A stretch of 64,000 nucleotides of DNA from contig CM082597.2 in assembly GCA_040954595.2 (NCBI GenBank), positions 7,093,849 through 7,157,848 of the forward strand, read 5' to 3'. Below, one piece after another: positions 40,901 to 53,500 of the stretch (positions are counted from its first letter, which is position 1; each line of letters opens with the position of its first letter). The position numbers and the translations under genes are program-made. This stretch comes from Balanoglossus misakiensis. Taxonomy: Eukaryota; Animalia; Hemichordata. The notes under the pieces were generated by a model. That model saw only the letters and a list, made by a program, of their open reading frames with translations. It made no database searches and was not told the origin of the DNA.

Positions 40901-41751
40901 GTAGTTGAGTTAAATTTGCTTTTGGGTTCATTAAAATGCACCTTTGAGCTCAGTATTTTATAAAATTTTCTTACGTGGGAGGGGGACACCCCCTCCCAAA
41001 CCCACCCCATTCACTTCATGGTTTACAATGTCTGCCCACACAGAATACAAATACTTAACAAATATAAACAATGTTCAGTTTTAATACCCACTGATGAGGG
41101 GAAACATCAGTTTCAAATTCTTTTCATGGGAGCGCTGTTTTTCTTTTTTACAAGATAGATAGGTGATGTGTTTTGCCGCGTGAAAGAAATTGAGGGGGTG
41201 GATTTCAAATTTTTAGCAGTTCGGAAGGGGGGGATTTGAAAATATTTCGGGTTGTTGAGGGGGGCATGTGAAAATTAACGGTAAAAAAAATTGAATTCTC
41301 CCGCCCCCCCCCCTCCAGAGGTGTTTGTGAATGCAGCCTAACAACCCTAAATTAATGACACACAGTTAGGTTACAGCATCTGTATGTCGTGTGTTAAATG
41401 ACATGAAAAATTTCTTTAAAAATGGCCTTTGCAGCCTAAGGATTATATCATGAAACAAACTGACAGCATGTAAGTGCTTGGATAGGAATGATTCTGATGT
41501 ATGAGATTGTCCTTGTGCAAATTAAGTTTGAATAAAAACAGTTCAGGTGTGCGTGAGTCATATCTCATGCACGTGTAAACTGATTGATGCAAGCACTGCA
41601 TCTCTGACAGAGAGCCTAGCTTGCTTGCACTTTATAGGTAGATGTCAATGAGGGTGCCCTTGATTAAAAAACATTCAAATTTTATACACTCACCATCTCC
41701 AATGTCCTGTGCCAGTTCATTGAGATATATCTCAAATTGATCAAAGAACAT
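31922..41751 (-). CDS. NLR-like protein copy 3: DED - extended linker - NACHT - super-repeats (about 2261 aa)
   Basis: Exons 41694-41751 (MFFDQFEIYLNELAQDIGD), 40123-40617, 39694-39921, 39381-39473 and 31922-37833, all phase 1 and in frame. Same NACHT motifs as copy 1; the terminal exon is uninterrupted. Confidence 0.87.
37933..39146. mobile_element. Harbinger-like MITE in the last intron of NLR copy 3
   Basis: TIRs AGGGAGCCGTCATTATTTACGGCCTGGG ... CCCAGGCCATAAACAATGACGGCTCCCT. Absent from the paralogous introns (~8640, ~23010). TSD unclear; ~20 bp of flank is lost. Confidence 0.7.
38121..38580. mobile_element. Bipartite inverted-repeat element nested in the MITE (possibly non-autonomous Crypton-like)
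   Basis: Module A (38121-38317) has IR ends aacacctattgcctggcc / ggccaggctataggtgtt and a perfect 22-bp central hairpin (38192-38213 / 38228-38249). Module B (38318-38580) has IR ends ttataataaacctcatgctaa / ttagcatgaggtatattataa. Confidence 0.55.
40800..41338. mobile_element. Truncated Harbinger-like MITE fragment
   Basis: 40920-41010 resembles 11450-11545 of the 10923-11767 MITE. One terminus, ccctccagaggtgtttgtgaatgcagcc|taa; the other end was not found, so the left boundary is approximate. Confidence 0.45.
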
Positions 41752-42234
41752 CTTTTGGTTCCCTTCAGTTTGAGATTAAGTTCTTTATTCAGGGATGAAC
41801 GACATCTGTCGTGCACCTATAAAGGAAGACATACCAGTGTCAAGTAAATAAAAAAAACACCAGTATCAAATAGACTTGTACTGTTTACTTTTGGTTTGAT
41901 GATTCATTAAGTTACACATCTTAATATATTTTTTAAAATTGATATAAAAAAAGCTTGCATATTAGGATTCTGAAACAAATCTCTCTTTAACAATATCACG
42001 TAATTGTTACATACATTCACTGGAATGCCCTGTGACACTGTAGACCAATCACAGCCTGTCTACTTTACCAAATGATCGCGGACCAATCAAATGTTTTGTT
42101 GCCAGTATACCTTTACGTACAGTACAGCTCAATCTGCCAACACCAATATGTTTGACGAGAACTGACTAGACTTTCAACACAAATATATGAGACTTCCAGA
42201 TTTCTGAGCGAGGCCTGTATAGTCTGTGAATTTT

Positions 42235-43445
42235 CTTCAACAACCATTAATACAAGATTTGATAATGACTTCCCTCTAACAACACACATTTCTTCGTAAT
42301 TTAGAATTTAGTACAAGGAAACAGAAATTCCATAATTAACCTCAGATGACCTCTGCAATACCTCTGTATACTTTATCACACAGGTGAACAATTACAAATA
42401 ATCATAATTTTGCAGTGATTTTGATTCTCTTTTCAATTATATCCTAACCTCATGCACTTATTTACACTGTCCTTTCTAAAGTTTATAGCATTTATACAAA
42501 AAATACCATAATAATCGCTTACTTTTAGTGTGTGACGACTTGCAACTGCAACACGAACCACCTCCCTAGTATAATGAGTTACTAGTAGTGAATTAATTAT
42601 TAACATTAATAGTTTAAGATTAGCTATGATGCCCTCTACAGTTGGCACTGCACATTACTTGCTCGTCAAAAACTTTGAAAACTTCCCTTTCCCGTTTCCT
42701 GACTTTTTCTTTCCCAGCTGTTTCCCAATTTAGGCCAGCTTGATTACACTCCCACATGTGAATAGTGATTACACCTGTCCTATCTTCCCTCCAACAACTA
42801 GAGAAGCCAAAAAGTCTTTTATTACCAAGAAGGATCTTTAAATGTATCTATTACCAGTTTCAGCTAAATAACTAACCACATCAAAGTAAAGTCTAAACAC
42901 TCAGGTTTATGAAAATGTGTGGTCTGTTATGTTCCCTGAGCTTTTGCCTGCGTTGTATTTTAATTATTATGTGCTGTTAAAACTGCTGAGTTTTGACAGA
43001 GTGTTTAACAAGGAACAGGCAGTGCCAACTGTAGAGGGCGTCTCAGAAATCATTAACTATTGATGTTAACAATTAATAATTCACTAACTCCTTATACTGG
43101 GCAGGTGGTTGGTGTTGCAGTTGCAAGTTGTCACTCACTAAAAGTAAGCAATTTTTTGCAGTATTTCTGTGTGTACTTAAGGGCTATAATTTTAGATAGG
43201 TAGTGTAATAAGTGCATGGGGATGCGGTATAACTGAAAATAACATCATAATCAATGAAACAATTTTGATGTAAAGATTTTTTTTTACCAGTGTGAGAAAG
43301 TACTCCATAGGTATTCCAGAGGTCATCTGAGGTTACTCATGGTATTTCTACTTTCTTGTATTAAATTCTAAATTGTGAAGATATATGTCTTTTTTGAAGA
43401 ATTTTTTTACCAAATCTAATGTTAATAGTTGTTGACAAAAATTCA
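42235..43445. repeat. Diverged inverted duplication (arms ~42235-42650 and ~43020-43445) centred on a ~370-bp spacer; candidate bidirectional promoter region
   Basis: gccctctacagttggcactg (~42631) vs cagtgccaactgtagagggc (~43020); aacctcagatgacctctg (~42338) vs cagaggtcatctgaggtt (~43317). The two genes diverge from here. Confidence 0.8.
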
Positions 43446-46400
43446 TTTTTATGGTTCAGTCAGTGTTTTCCCTTTGATCTTTGTCTGTCTCTCTGTATGC
43501 ATGTCTGTATGTATTCTGGTGTAAACCTTTTCCTGTGTTTTTTCATGTACATGTAGCTACGGTCAAGGCAATGGCAGATAATTATAGGGATCTCACGCTG
43601 ATGTGTTTATGAATGGAACTTGCGTTGATAGTAATTACGCACATAGCAATGAGAATGGAAATGCGTACCAATGACCGTATTTGGGCAACCAGGCCAGGGC
43701 ATGAGACTGAAAAAACTGCCCAGTTGTGAGGGCACTTTCCCCCATAGAATTACACAGCACTCGAATCATTAATGTGTTTGTTGTTTTTTCATTACAGAAA
43801 GTTTTACCTCCAAACTGCCACAGTTGACATTATTGGAATTAAAATGTTCTGAAATAGATGGTGGCACAGATTGTTATCTAACAGCTACACTCAAGCCACT
43901 CAAACACTGGTATGTAGACCAGATTTATAGTCGTGTTGTTCATGTATAACCGTTATTTATTTGCCATAAATTTACTGTGGTACTGGCAGTAAAACAGTGC
44001 TCCTTTGTCATTTGGCAACTGACCCACAGAACATTCTTTTGAAAACAAGCTGGCAAGAACATTGTAGGATAAATTTTGCTACGAAAAAAACTTCAAATTC
44101 AAAGTGCAATCAGAATTCAGTTAATGCAAAAATTCAAATTCAAATTCAACAATATATTAGCTGATTGTTCATCAAACTGCAGTTGACACAAAAAATGTCA
44201 GAATTATTCATTTACTTTTATTGCAGAAATTATTTACCCCCAAAGTGCCATAGTTGGCATTTTGAACATAATTAAAGGAAATGTTCTGAAATAGATGGTA
44301 ACACAGAGTTTTCTTCTAACAACTAATCTCCAGCCACTCAAATACCGGTATGTAGACCATTTTAATTTTAGAGTGTGTTGTATATCTATTAATCTTACAT
44401 ATATTTACCATAATGCAACAATGACATTGTTGGAAAGAAAGATTTTTTCAGAATATTTCACAAAAAATAAAATCTTTTTTTGATATTAATTTGAAAAAAA
44501 CATATGCACCGGTATACTTGTAGATGTTGCTAAAGGCAAACAATACAAGTCTACTTCATACTTATGTGCATTCCTTGATAGGTGTGACACATGAATTGAC
44601 TTACAAAGTGAAGTGAGCCAGATGAATAACCAAAGATGGCAGATTTAGATTTGGATCCATTCAGGGTGTATCTTATAAGGCTAGCAGGTGACATCGGAAA
44701 TGGTGAGTGTACATTTGAATGTTTTTACTCACTCATGGATATCCATCTATCAATATGCAGGGCTGCGACCACAGACATTATAACTCACACAAGCCTGGAC
44801 TAATTTTTATGCAAACTTGGCATAAGAATACAGTACCATGCATGGTCTTTAATATACAGAATCATTCATATACTCCTAGTTGTACTACCGTAATATGCAT
44901 GCCATTTTGTTTCTTGATATTGTCCCATATGGCTACCAAGGGACATTTGTCAAAAAACTTTTTTGTGTCTTAAGATGTATACCAAATGAATGTCTTTCAA
45001 TGTGGAATTTTGGACAGTGTTTAATGGTAACACTGAAGTATTTCATGAGAGATTTGTTCCAGAAAATGTTTATGTGTATAATCCTTTCTTTTATGCATTA
45101 AAGATGACCTGATTAAATTGGTAGATGGACTGGGAGCTATAATGAAACCGTCAATACCAACGGTTGTGAGGGAAGAAATCCTGAGAGAGAAACGGGCATA
45201 TGTTTTGTTTGAAACATTGTTAAAATTTGGACATTTATCAAGGGACAGACCTGAGACACTTATTCAGCTGTTGAAAACTGCCGGACTTTACATGTTAGCG
45301 AAGCACGTAGAAGTTCGATATGAGAAAAAGTTTGGCAAAGACTATCCATATGATGAAGTGACAAGAGAAGCAGAGTCTAAGACTCAAGTATCCACCACGG
45401 AATCTTATGGTAAGGACTTGCAGAATTTTACTAAGTAACAACAAGTGTACATTTGTATTTAATACCGTAATCACCCTGAATGTTCCACCGGAATTAAATC
45501 TAGTCAACCTGTATATAGCTGCCAATCACGGATTTCCTAAACTGGCCTTATGGAAAGGTGATTTGATCTGTATAGGCAGGTCAATGAACACACATGTTAA
45601 TTGCTCAGGGACAAAGTGGCCACTATATAGGGGTGGTCAAGTTTCTGTGCTGTTTTGAAAAAGATTATGGGGATACCAGTAGTCTACGCTTAATGCCAAA
45701 GTGACTGAAACACACAGCATTTTGAGGTGATCTGACCTTTGAAAAAGTGTCATTAATAAATCAAATGATCATGGTTAGAGGCTGTTCTCGACAATAGAAA
45801 TGCTTCATTACCATTCTTCATGAGGTTTTGAACGCAATATTATTATTTAAGAAAATTCAATTTTGAAAAATAAATGTTTGAATATTTGGAGTAGCAGTTG
45901 AACATTTAAAGTACCTTCGGTAATTGAAATATTTTTACAAGGAATTCTACACACACAAGTAATTAACCCTTTAATGTTTATCTTTCACATGCTTCAGGTA
46001 TTTCAGATGTTGGTGATGTTGCTGCTAGCAGTGCAGTTAGTTCACCTGCAACACAGATAGAGATGACGACAATGATGAACGATCCAGAAGGTGAAACCAC
46101 AAGTGTACAACACCACATAGACAAACATGATTTTAATCAACTATATTCTTTGATGACAAGACTGCAGTTACAATCATCTAGTTCTAGGCAGCAAACTGAT
46201 TCACCTGTTGAGGACACTACAACCACAGGTAAACTTGTTTTTAAAATCATAATTTTTGATCAACTCCTGTACCTCAATCGAGTCAATGAATCAACATGCC
46301 AAAATAATCAGTCACATATGTGAGGACATTCAGTCATATCTGGTTATAATTGGTAGATGAACATTTGGTGCAGTCTAACACTTAGAGTGCTTGGAACTGA

Positions 46401-46661
46401 AATATATACATGTACATGTGTACTACAACATTTGAATACGTACCGGTACTTCAATATTTGATAATAAATTCTACATTCGATTTTACTTGTATTTCTAATA
46501 AATATATCAGTGCTTTTTAGTTTACAACATCATGTCAGTGTTAATATATTGGATTCATTAATGACTTTTAGGAGAGAGAAAACATTTATTATTTAAGTTT
46601 TGTTTTATATTATTTTATTTTGATAGTTTCACAAGTGAATGAGCTTCAGGTTACTTCAACT

Positions 46662-48486
46662 CAGTCAGATCGCACGGCATTCATTAACATATGCAAATGA
46701 AGAAAGTACTTCAAACCATGTAGCCGTTAGAGTGGGCCCCGCTGAAGGGTCGCGAAATAGGCCATTTTTTTACTCGATATTATAGAGCTGTTTTCAGGCG
46801 ATGTGGATTATTTTAAGACAAAACCGTGGATTCACTTGAAGGTAGGTATACTGGATTGTTACTGAATGATTTTTTGGCAACTTCTGTCGAGTAGTTTCTT
46901 TGTAATCACGAAATTTCTGACGACTGTGAAAAAACACATAGCGTTGACATCCTCTCGATTATTTTTAAGCTGACCGTTACACATGGATTTTACCACGAAA
47001 TTTCAAACTTTTATCAAAATATAGACATCAAACTCCCTCTCTTTGAGTTTTCATTCACTTCCAAGCTTTGATAGTGACGATATGACCAGTTCAATTTTGT
47101 TTACCTTTCAACCTGTGAGCGCCATTTTGTTTACTTTTCAACCCGTGAGCGCCACTTCTTCTGCAAAATGGCGGGAGAAGACAGCATGCATGTGTACGTA
47201 TATACGCTGGCGCAGGCTTGATCCTGGGTTGTACCAGCTGCGTAGTTTTCCCTCCTCTCTCGTGCGAAGAAATTTTGATTGCTGATATGTAATCCCGAGT
47301 TTTACTAAACCCTAACAATTATTTTATGAAGGTTTGCCCGTCAAGGAAGCTCACTTTTTTAATTTTATTGTTCTTTCAGATTGATGAAGACTGATTTTTG
47401 TGGTGGTGGTGTTGCAGTTGACTTTTATTTTAGCTGTCTGAGTTGACAATTTATTCTGTATTTTATTGTATTTTTAACTCTTTATCCTGTATTTTGTAGT
47501 AGTATTTTGAACACTGTTTAATAAATAAATTACTATTATTATTATTTATCGACCCAATGCAGTGATGACAAATCGCTCGCCTTCAGACACAAATGTTGTA
47601 TTTATTGCATATATCATCGGCGAATAAAGGGAAGTGGTTTCGAAGTTACACTTGGCATTTTCGAAAAGTCTACTTATATCCCACGATGCGGAGAAAAAAA
47701 TATATACAAAATACGTCAGCTGAGCTCCTCACGTACGGTAAACCTGGCATTCTGTGCATGGGTAATCAAATATTTGTTTGTAGCCCAATGTAGGCGAACG
47801 GCGTGGATGGAGCACCCGGGCGCGGCACTCGTGCGATTGATCGATGTTGTGTCGAAATCAGGCCAGTAATTAAGTTAAAACTTGGCTGATATGTTACCTT
47901 AGAGTGTTATACACTATCCAGTAACTTTTACTTGACAAGTGTCTTTTAGAAACTGTTTTCCCCACGATAAACGTGTCGTTTCACGAGCAACGCAACACTT
48001 CCGTATTTACAAGCCTAACATGGAGAGGTCAACGTAGGGCCTATACTTCCGGGTCATATCGTCGAACTACATCGATTATTTTTAAGCTGACCGTTACACA
48101 AGCATTTCGAGTTAATTTCTTTTCACGGATGTTGGGACCGATATTAGACCTATCTGTCACGAAAACTTGGTTAACTTCCGAGGTCGTCTTCAAATGATTT
48201 TTGGCACGTTTGTGGACGTCTTTTCCGAGGTCACCAACATACCACCGAAAACACGCTAAAAACTACTACTATTACCGACAGATTCTCATAAAATTTACGT
48301 CTGCAGTGCAAAATAGGAATCACTTTCGAAATTTATCGAGCTAGCATGGTATTTTATTGTACCACGGAGTGTAAAAATCAAGTTGAAAATCACCTTGAAA
48401 ACTGGCCTATTGCCGTCTGTTTGAAAATTAACGGTCGCTGGCTTGACGAACTTTCATATGCAAATGAGCGCCGTGCGATCTGACTG
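46662..48486. mobile_element. Non-autonomous DNA transposon (1825 bp) with 17-bp perfect TIRs and a 4-bp TSD, inserted in ROCO exon 4
   Basis: AACT|CAGTCAGATCGCACGGC ... GCCGTGCGATCTGACTG|AACT. Internal 29-bp direct repeat tcgattatttttaagctgaccgttacaca at ~46955 and ~48072. No transposase ORF. Removing it restores an open exon homologous to the NLR PTMNMPTM exon. Confidence 0.88.
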
Positions 48487-50196
48487 AACTGACCCACCAC
48501 GCACTTCTGATACACCTGCACCAACCATGAATATGCCAACCATGCTGGTTGCAAATAGGGTAAGTAATTCTTGATATACTTTCTGTATGCCTCATAATTC
48601 GAAAGTGTTTCCACCATCACACACAGATATGATAAATTTGTCATCTGTCTGTGCGTATCTTGTGGTTGGCTGCATTTTCTATCAACTGGCCTATATAATA
48701 AAGGCGGTGAATTAATTATATGCTGATATTGATCTTTATGTCCATCTCTGCTTAATTCATAAATGTAAGAATTTCCAAGGCAATCTTGAACAATGTGATC
48801 TGGACTAATGGCTAGCAATAACACAAAGCAAAACCTATACATATGGTTCTAATATATAGTTGGCAATTTAATAATAGACCAATTGCAAATCTGGAGTTAC
48901 CAGAAGCTAACCATAGATTGGAATTCATCTGATTCGCTTGTATATAGCTCTTTCTTGTTTGTGGGGATCAATTTGCGGCACTTAGAGATATCATAATTTC
49001 AATCAGCACGTGCACGAAAGTGCACAACATAATAAGTTAAATTACCAGTACTGTTTATTTTAATTCCAACATTGCATTTCTCCATTTCAGTCTCAATCCA
49101 CAGCATTGCATGATGCAGTTCGCGAAGATAAACTGGAAGAGGCTCAAAAATTGATTAAGCGTGGAGTTTATGTCAGTGCTAGGGATGAGGTAAGTGATGT
49201 ACATGCTTACTTACTACTAGAATGACTTACCAAATGATTACATGCAAACAAATGATGACATGAAAGAATCTAATTTTGCACAAGCTTGTATTGTTATCTG
49301 TAGGTTGAGATCTGTAAATGTAAATTCCATGCCTAAGGAGCATCCTAAAGTTTGATACTGGATGATCTATTAATTGTGATCAGGCTAATAAAATACTCAA
49401 GCGTGATGTGATTCTATTGTGATGTTGTGATGTTGATGATGGATTTGAACTACTTATGCACTCCTAATGCTATGGTTTTCCTATGGTGAAAATATCTAAA
49501 GAGAACGTTCTATCAAAAACTATAGCACGGTGACATATTGTTAAATTCTTTATATCATTTAATGATACTCCTTTGGCACCTTTTGTGAAAATGCAAGGAA
49601 ATGACAAAACACTGTTTTCTTAAAATTATACATGGAAGGTTATGGAACTGACAATCATGCATTGCATCTGGGTCCTCATCCCTAAGTCTCTAATTCTATG
49701 GTTGTTTTCCCTCAGTTTGATACAACACCATTACACTGGGCAGCCAAAAATGCCTGTAGTGATGACATGGTAAGACTTTTACTGCAATCCAATGCCAGCG
49801 TCAATGTGAAGGACAAAGTAAGTTTGTAATTAGAATTATTGTAATGTCTATCTGAGAAACTCAACATTTGAAACGTACATCATTATCACTGTCCGATATT
49901 GTTGTATCCTGGTGTCCATTAACAATTGAATAATTGACATCTCTGAAATCGCTGGTCCAATTGCTTTGAAGTTGAATATTATTTGATCAATTAAGGTGAA
50001 ATTGGCTGTGGATTCTGCATGCATGTGTCCACTAACATTATGTCACTATTCATTTTTGACAGGATGGTAACACACCTTTACATTATGCAGTAAGGACTGG
50101 CCAAGTGAATATGGTGAGATTATTATGGGAATACAAGGCTGATATCAGCATACAAAACAAGGCAAGTATTGTGAATGGTTTAACAGAAATCGCATG

Positions 50197-50545
50197 TAAA
50201 GAAACAAAGTCTCTCTCTCGCTGCCCTTTTTTCCATTAATTATATTTGATAAGAGACAACGTTTGTTATTCTACATGTGGATATATAGTGAATGAACATT
50301 CAACCACACACAACTTCCATTCCTCTTATAGACAGGGGAGTGAAAAAAACTCGTCAAAATGAATAATCGTTCTTTACCATTTATTCATTTTGGGCAAGTT
50401 TACTCTCATATCATACAAGTGGGAAGGAAGTTTTGTGTGGTTGAACGTTGATTCACTATATATCCACATGTACAACATAAACAGTGTCTTGTATCAAACA
50501 TAATTAATGGGAAAAGGCCAGTGAGAGAGAGACTCTGTCCCTTTA
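50197..50545. mobile_element. Foldback MITE (long imperfect palindrome) in a ROCO intron
   Basis: Arms ~130 bp, e.g. tacatgtggatatatagtgaat / attcactatatatccacatgta; agtctctctctc / gagagagagact. Confidence 0.65.
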
Positions 50546-53500
50546 ATTGTGGTTCAAAATCATGATTGCTGATACAGATATACACCGTAGTACAAAATCC
50601 ACAGGAAGTACTTCAGGTAAATATCGCCAAATGTTGAACTTTTAAATATGGTAGGTAAAGCTTGAACAAGAAATACAAATACTCTGTTTAGGTTCTATAT
50701 TTATCATACCTTATAGAAAAAGCTTGTCTACTATGATGACCAGCGTTGGGCTCTATAGATCTGGCTGATGTAGATCTACTGAAGTTCTACTCTAGACCTT
50801 GATCTAATGTAGAAATTCAGTTTCCGTAAGGAAGAAAATTAACTAAACACTATAATCCATCTTCTTATATCGTAGGATGGCTATACCCCTTTGGATTTTG
50901 CAGTAAATGAGTTGAAGGTATGTATTAGAGGCACTATAGTCCAGACAAGACTATCATGTTAGTTTCTGTCACTTGAGCAAGACACTTTACTTATCATTGC
51001 TTCTAAATGCGCATGAGCCAGTGCCAGAGATCCTTAATTCTCTCGATCAAGCAAGTGTAATTGTAAATCGCCTTGAGCACATTAATCCTGTCTATAATTA
51101 TACATTGTATACTTATCATATTTACTAATTTAAAATTATTTTTTCAAAAGTGAATTTCTTGTACAAATGTAACCAATCTGAAGAAAGTGTTCGTATTACA
51201 TCGGTAGTTTAGACATTGATGTTTTTCATTAAAATCAATGTATACTCTTACTTCAATCCTTAGGGTTACAACACAAGAGAGAAATTATGTACCATATTGA
51301 CATTGCTCTTATGTTCCCGTATATCATCAACCAAGGTAAATTCTTATTTATATTTTAATTGGTACTTGGTCTTGCAACATTTTCATCTCTAGTGCCCACA
51401 ATATTATCCTTGTAAATTTAACAGTAAAGTAAATGATGTGAAATATTCATAACCTCAGACATGCAAGAATATTAGTGCAGAAATCCAAAAAAGTGGAGTG
51501 ACATCTTATGAGTTTAGTCTACAGAGTGATAGAATAAGTTGTATAAGGGAATTGTATGAACTTTCTTGGAGTATGTGTGTTACTTATTACTAATGTATGG
51601 TAAGGTAATTTGAATGGCACATGGTAAAATGCATTCATGAAATTAATTTGATTTGTATAAAAATACAAACGCAGAATATAATAGTCTTTCCTGCACTTAA
51701 TATACTTTTGATGGATTCATTTTTTTAGAAACTATTTCGCAAAGCTGGAAAAATCGCAATCATTGTAATCGAAAAATCTGATTTGCCGAGTGAAGTCCTT
51801 GACTTATCAGACGATGCTTTGAATGAGAAGTTGACAGCAGTTTACAACAGTGGCGAGAAAGCAAGTGCGGTTATACTTGGTGACAGCAATGCATTATCAA
51901 GGTTAGATGTATTATTGAAAGGTCGAGAATTAAGTTCATTGGTGTTATGTAATGTCGATATCAAGGAGATGAGAAACATAAAGGTATCGGAAAGTCTCAC
52001 TTTAATAAATGTTAAGTCTTTTGATCCCGAGAAAGTGATTGGATGGCTTTTGCCCTCAGCTAGGTATTTCACCTGTATTGATACTAAGATCCCTGTACCA
52101 TGGTCTATCCAACATCCTGGGTCATTTGAAATACTGAATGTAAGTCACTGTACTCTCCAAGTGAAAAAATCACCTCAAACAGACAGCAAAATGAAAGTAA
52201 ACAAATTACACGTAGCTTGTGGGAGCGTTAAACAGTTGTTCTTAACTAACAATGGTTTGACTGATCTGCAAGAGGACATCGGTTCAATTCCTGGTTTATC
52301 AAGATTGGATGTGAGTAACAATTCAATTAAGAGAATACCACCATCGCTGAACAAACTTGTTGATTGTGAATGCATCAGCATAGAAGGAAATCCAGCCATT
52401 TTAAGGTGCACAGAAGCTGGCTCCTCGTACTTGAAGGAATTTCTGAACACAAATACGTTGTCTAATAGGAATGTCAAGGTAGTTCTTGTTGGTCATGAAG
52501 GTGTAGGAAAAACAACTCTAGTGCAAGCACTGAAGAGAGAATCGTCAGATGTGCAGAAAACTGATGGCATAGATATCTCTGAAATAAATCTGAAAGAGAG
52601 AGATATAAAAATGACCGTGTTTGATTTTGCTGGGGATGTAGATTTTCTGGAATCACATTCACTGTTTATTACAGATGACAGTGTCTTTTTGGTCACCTTT
52701 GACCTCAGCAAATTTGCCATTAGTTCAACAACGAACAAGATGTCATCCGCACATCAAATAGGGAGAGTGAAATTGTGGTTGCAGACTGTTTTTGCATATG
52801 CTCCAAATTCTCCAGTTATTCTGGTGGGTACCCATGCTGATGCGCCAATGTTAAACAGGGATGTACTCGACTTCATTTGGCAGACGGTTCATGATACACT
52901 TGTTGAAATGAGAGACACACATCGCAAGCAATACCGGCAAAATATGCGCAGAGATTGCTTGGTGTGTCAGAACCAAGATGTGCTGAAAAGAAAGAGTATG
53001 TTTAAGGGATTAGCTGGATATGTGAGTATTGATGGTGATGAGGAAGTGGTTGATGAAAGTCAAATACCTTCTTCAGAAGGAAGAGCTCTGCAGACTTCTT
53101 GCCCACACATTGTTGGGTATTTTGAGGTTTGCAGCACAGAAAAATTCCCAAATTGGATATTATACAAGGGAAATAAGAGCATTGCACAGTTGCAAAAAGC
53201 ACTAACAAAGGTTTGTGACATTCTCTTGGAATCAACAAACCCAGAAATCCCTGAAAAGTGGAATCTTTAGCGAGAGAACTTAAAATCAGAACGACTGAAA
53301 CGTCCAAGCCCAGTAATGACCTACAAGGAATACCAGGCGATTGCTGGTAACATTGGAATTGAAAAGGGTGTGACATTAGATAATGCAACCAGTTTTCTGT
53401 GTAGTCAGGGTGACATAGTGGTTGATCCATCCAGATCTACAACTGGAGACAAGGGTCTGCAAGTGCTAAATGTAGTACTCGATCCTCAGTGGCTTGCTAA

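Larger units (their letters stand above)
26431..42680. repeat. Tandem segmental duplication unit 3
   Basis: Colinear with units 1 and 2; carries its own insertions at 27088-29852 and 37933-39146. Homology with 13225 and 25445 ends at ~42680. Confidence 0.88.

Noticed and set aside
53268-53270. Pyrrolysine/selenocysteine recoding or an alternative genetic code
   Set aside because: Sec uses TGA, Pyl is not known in animals, and the long NACHT exons contain no in-frame TAG.
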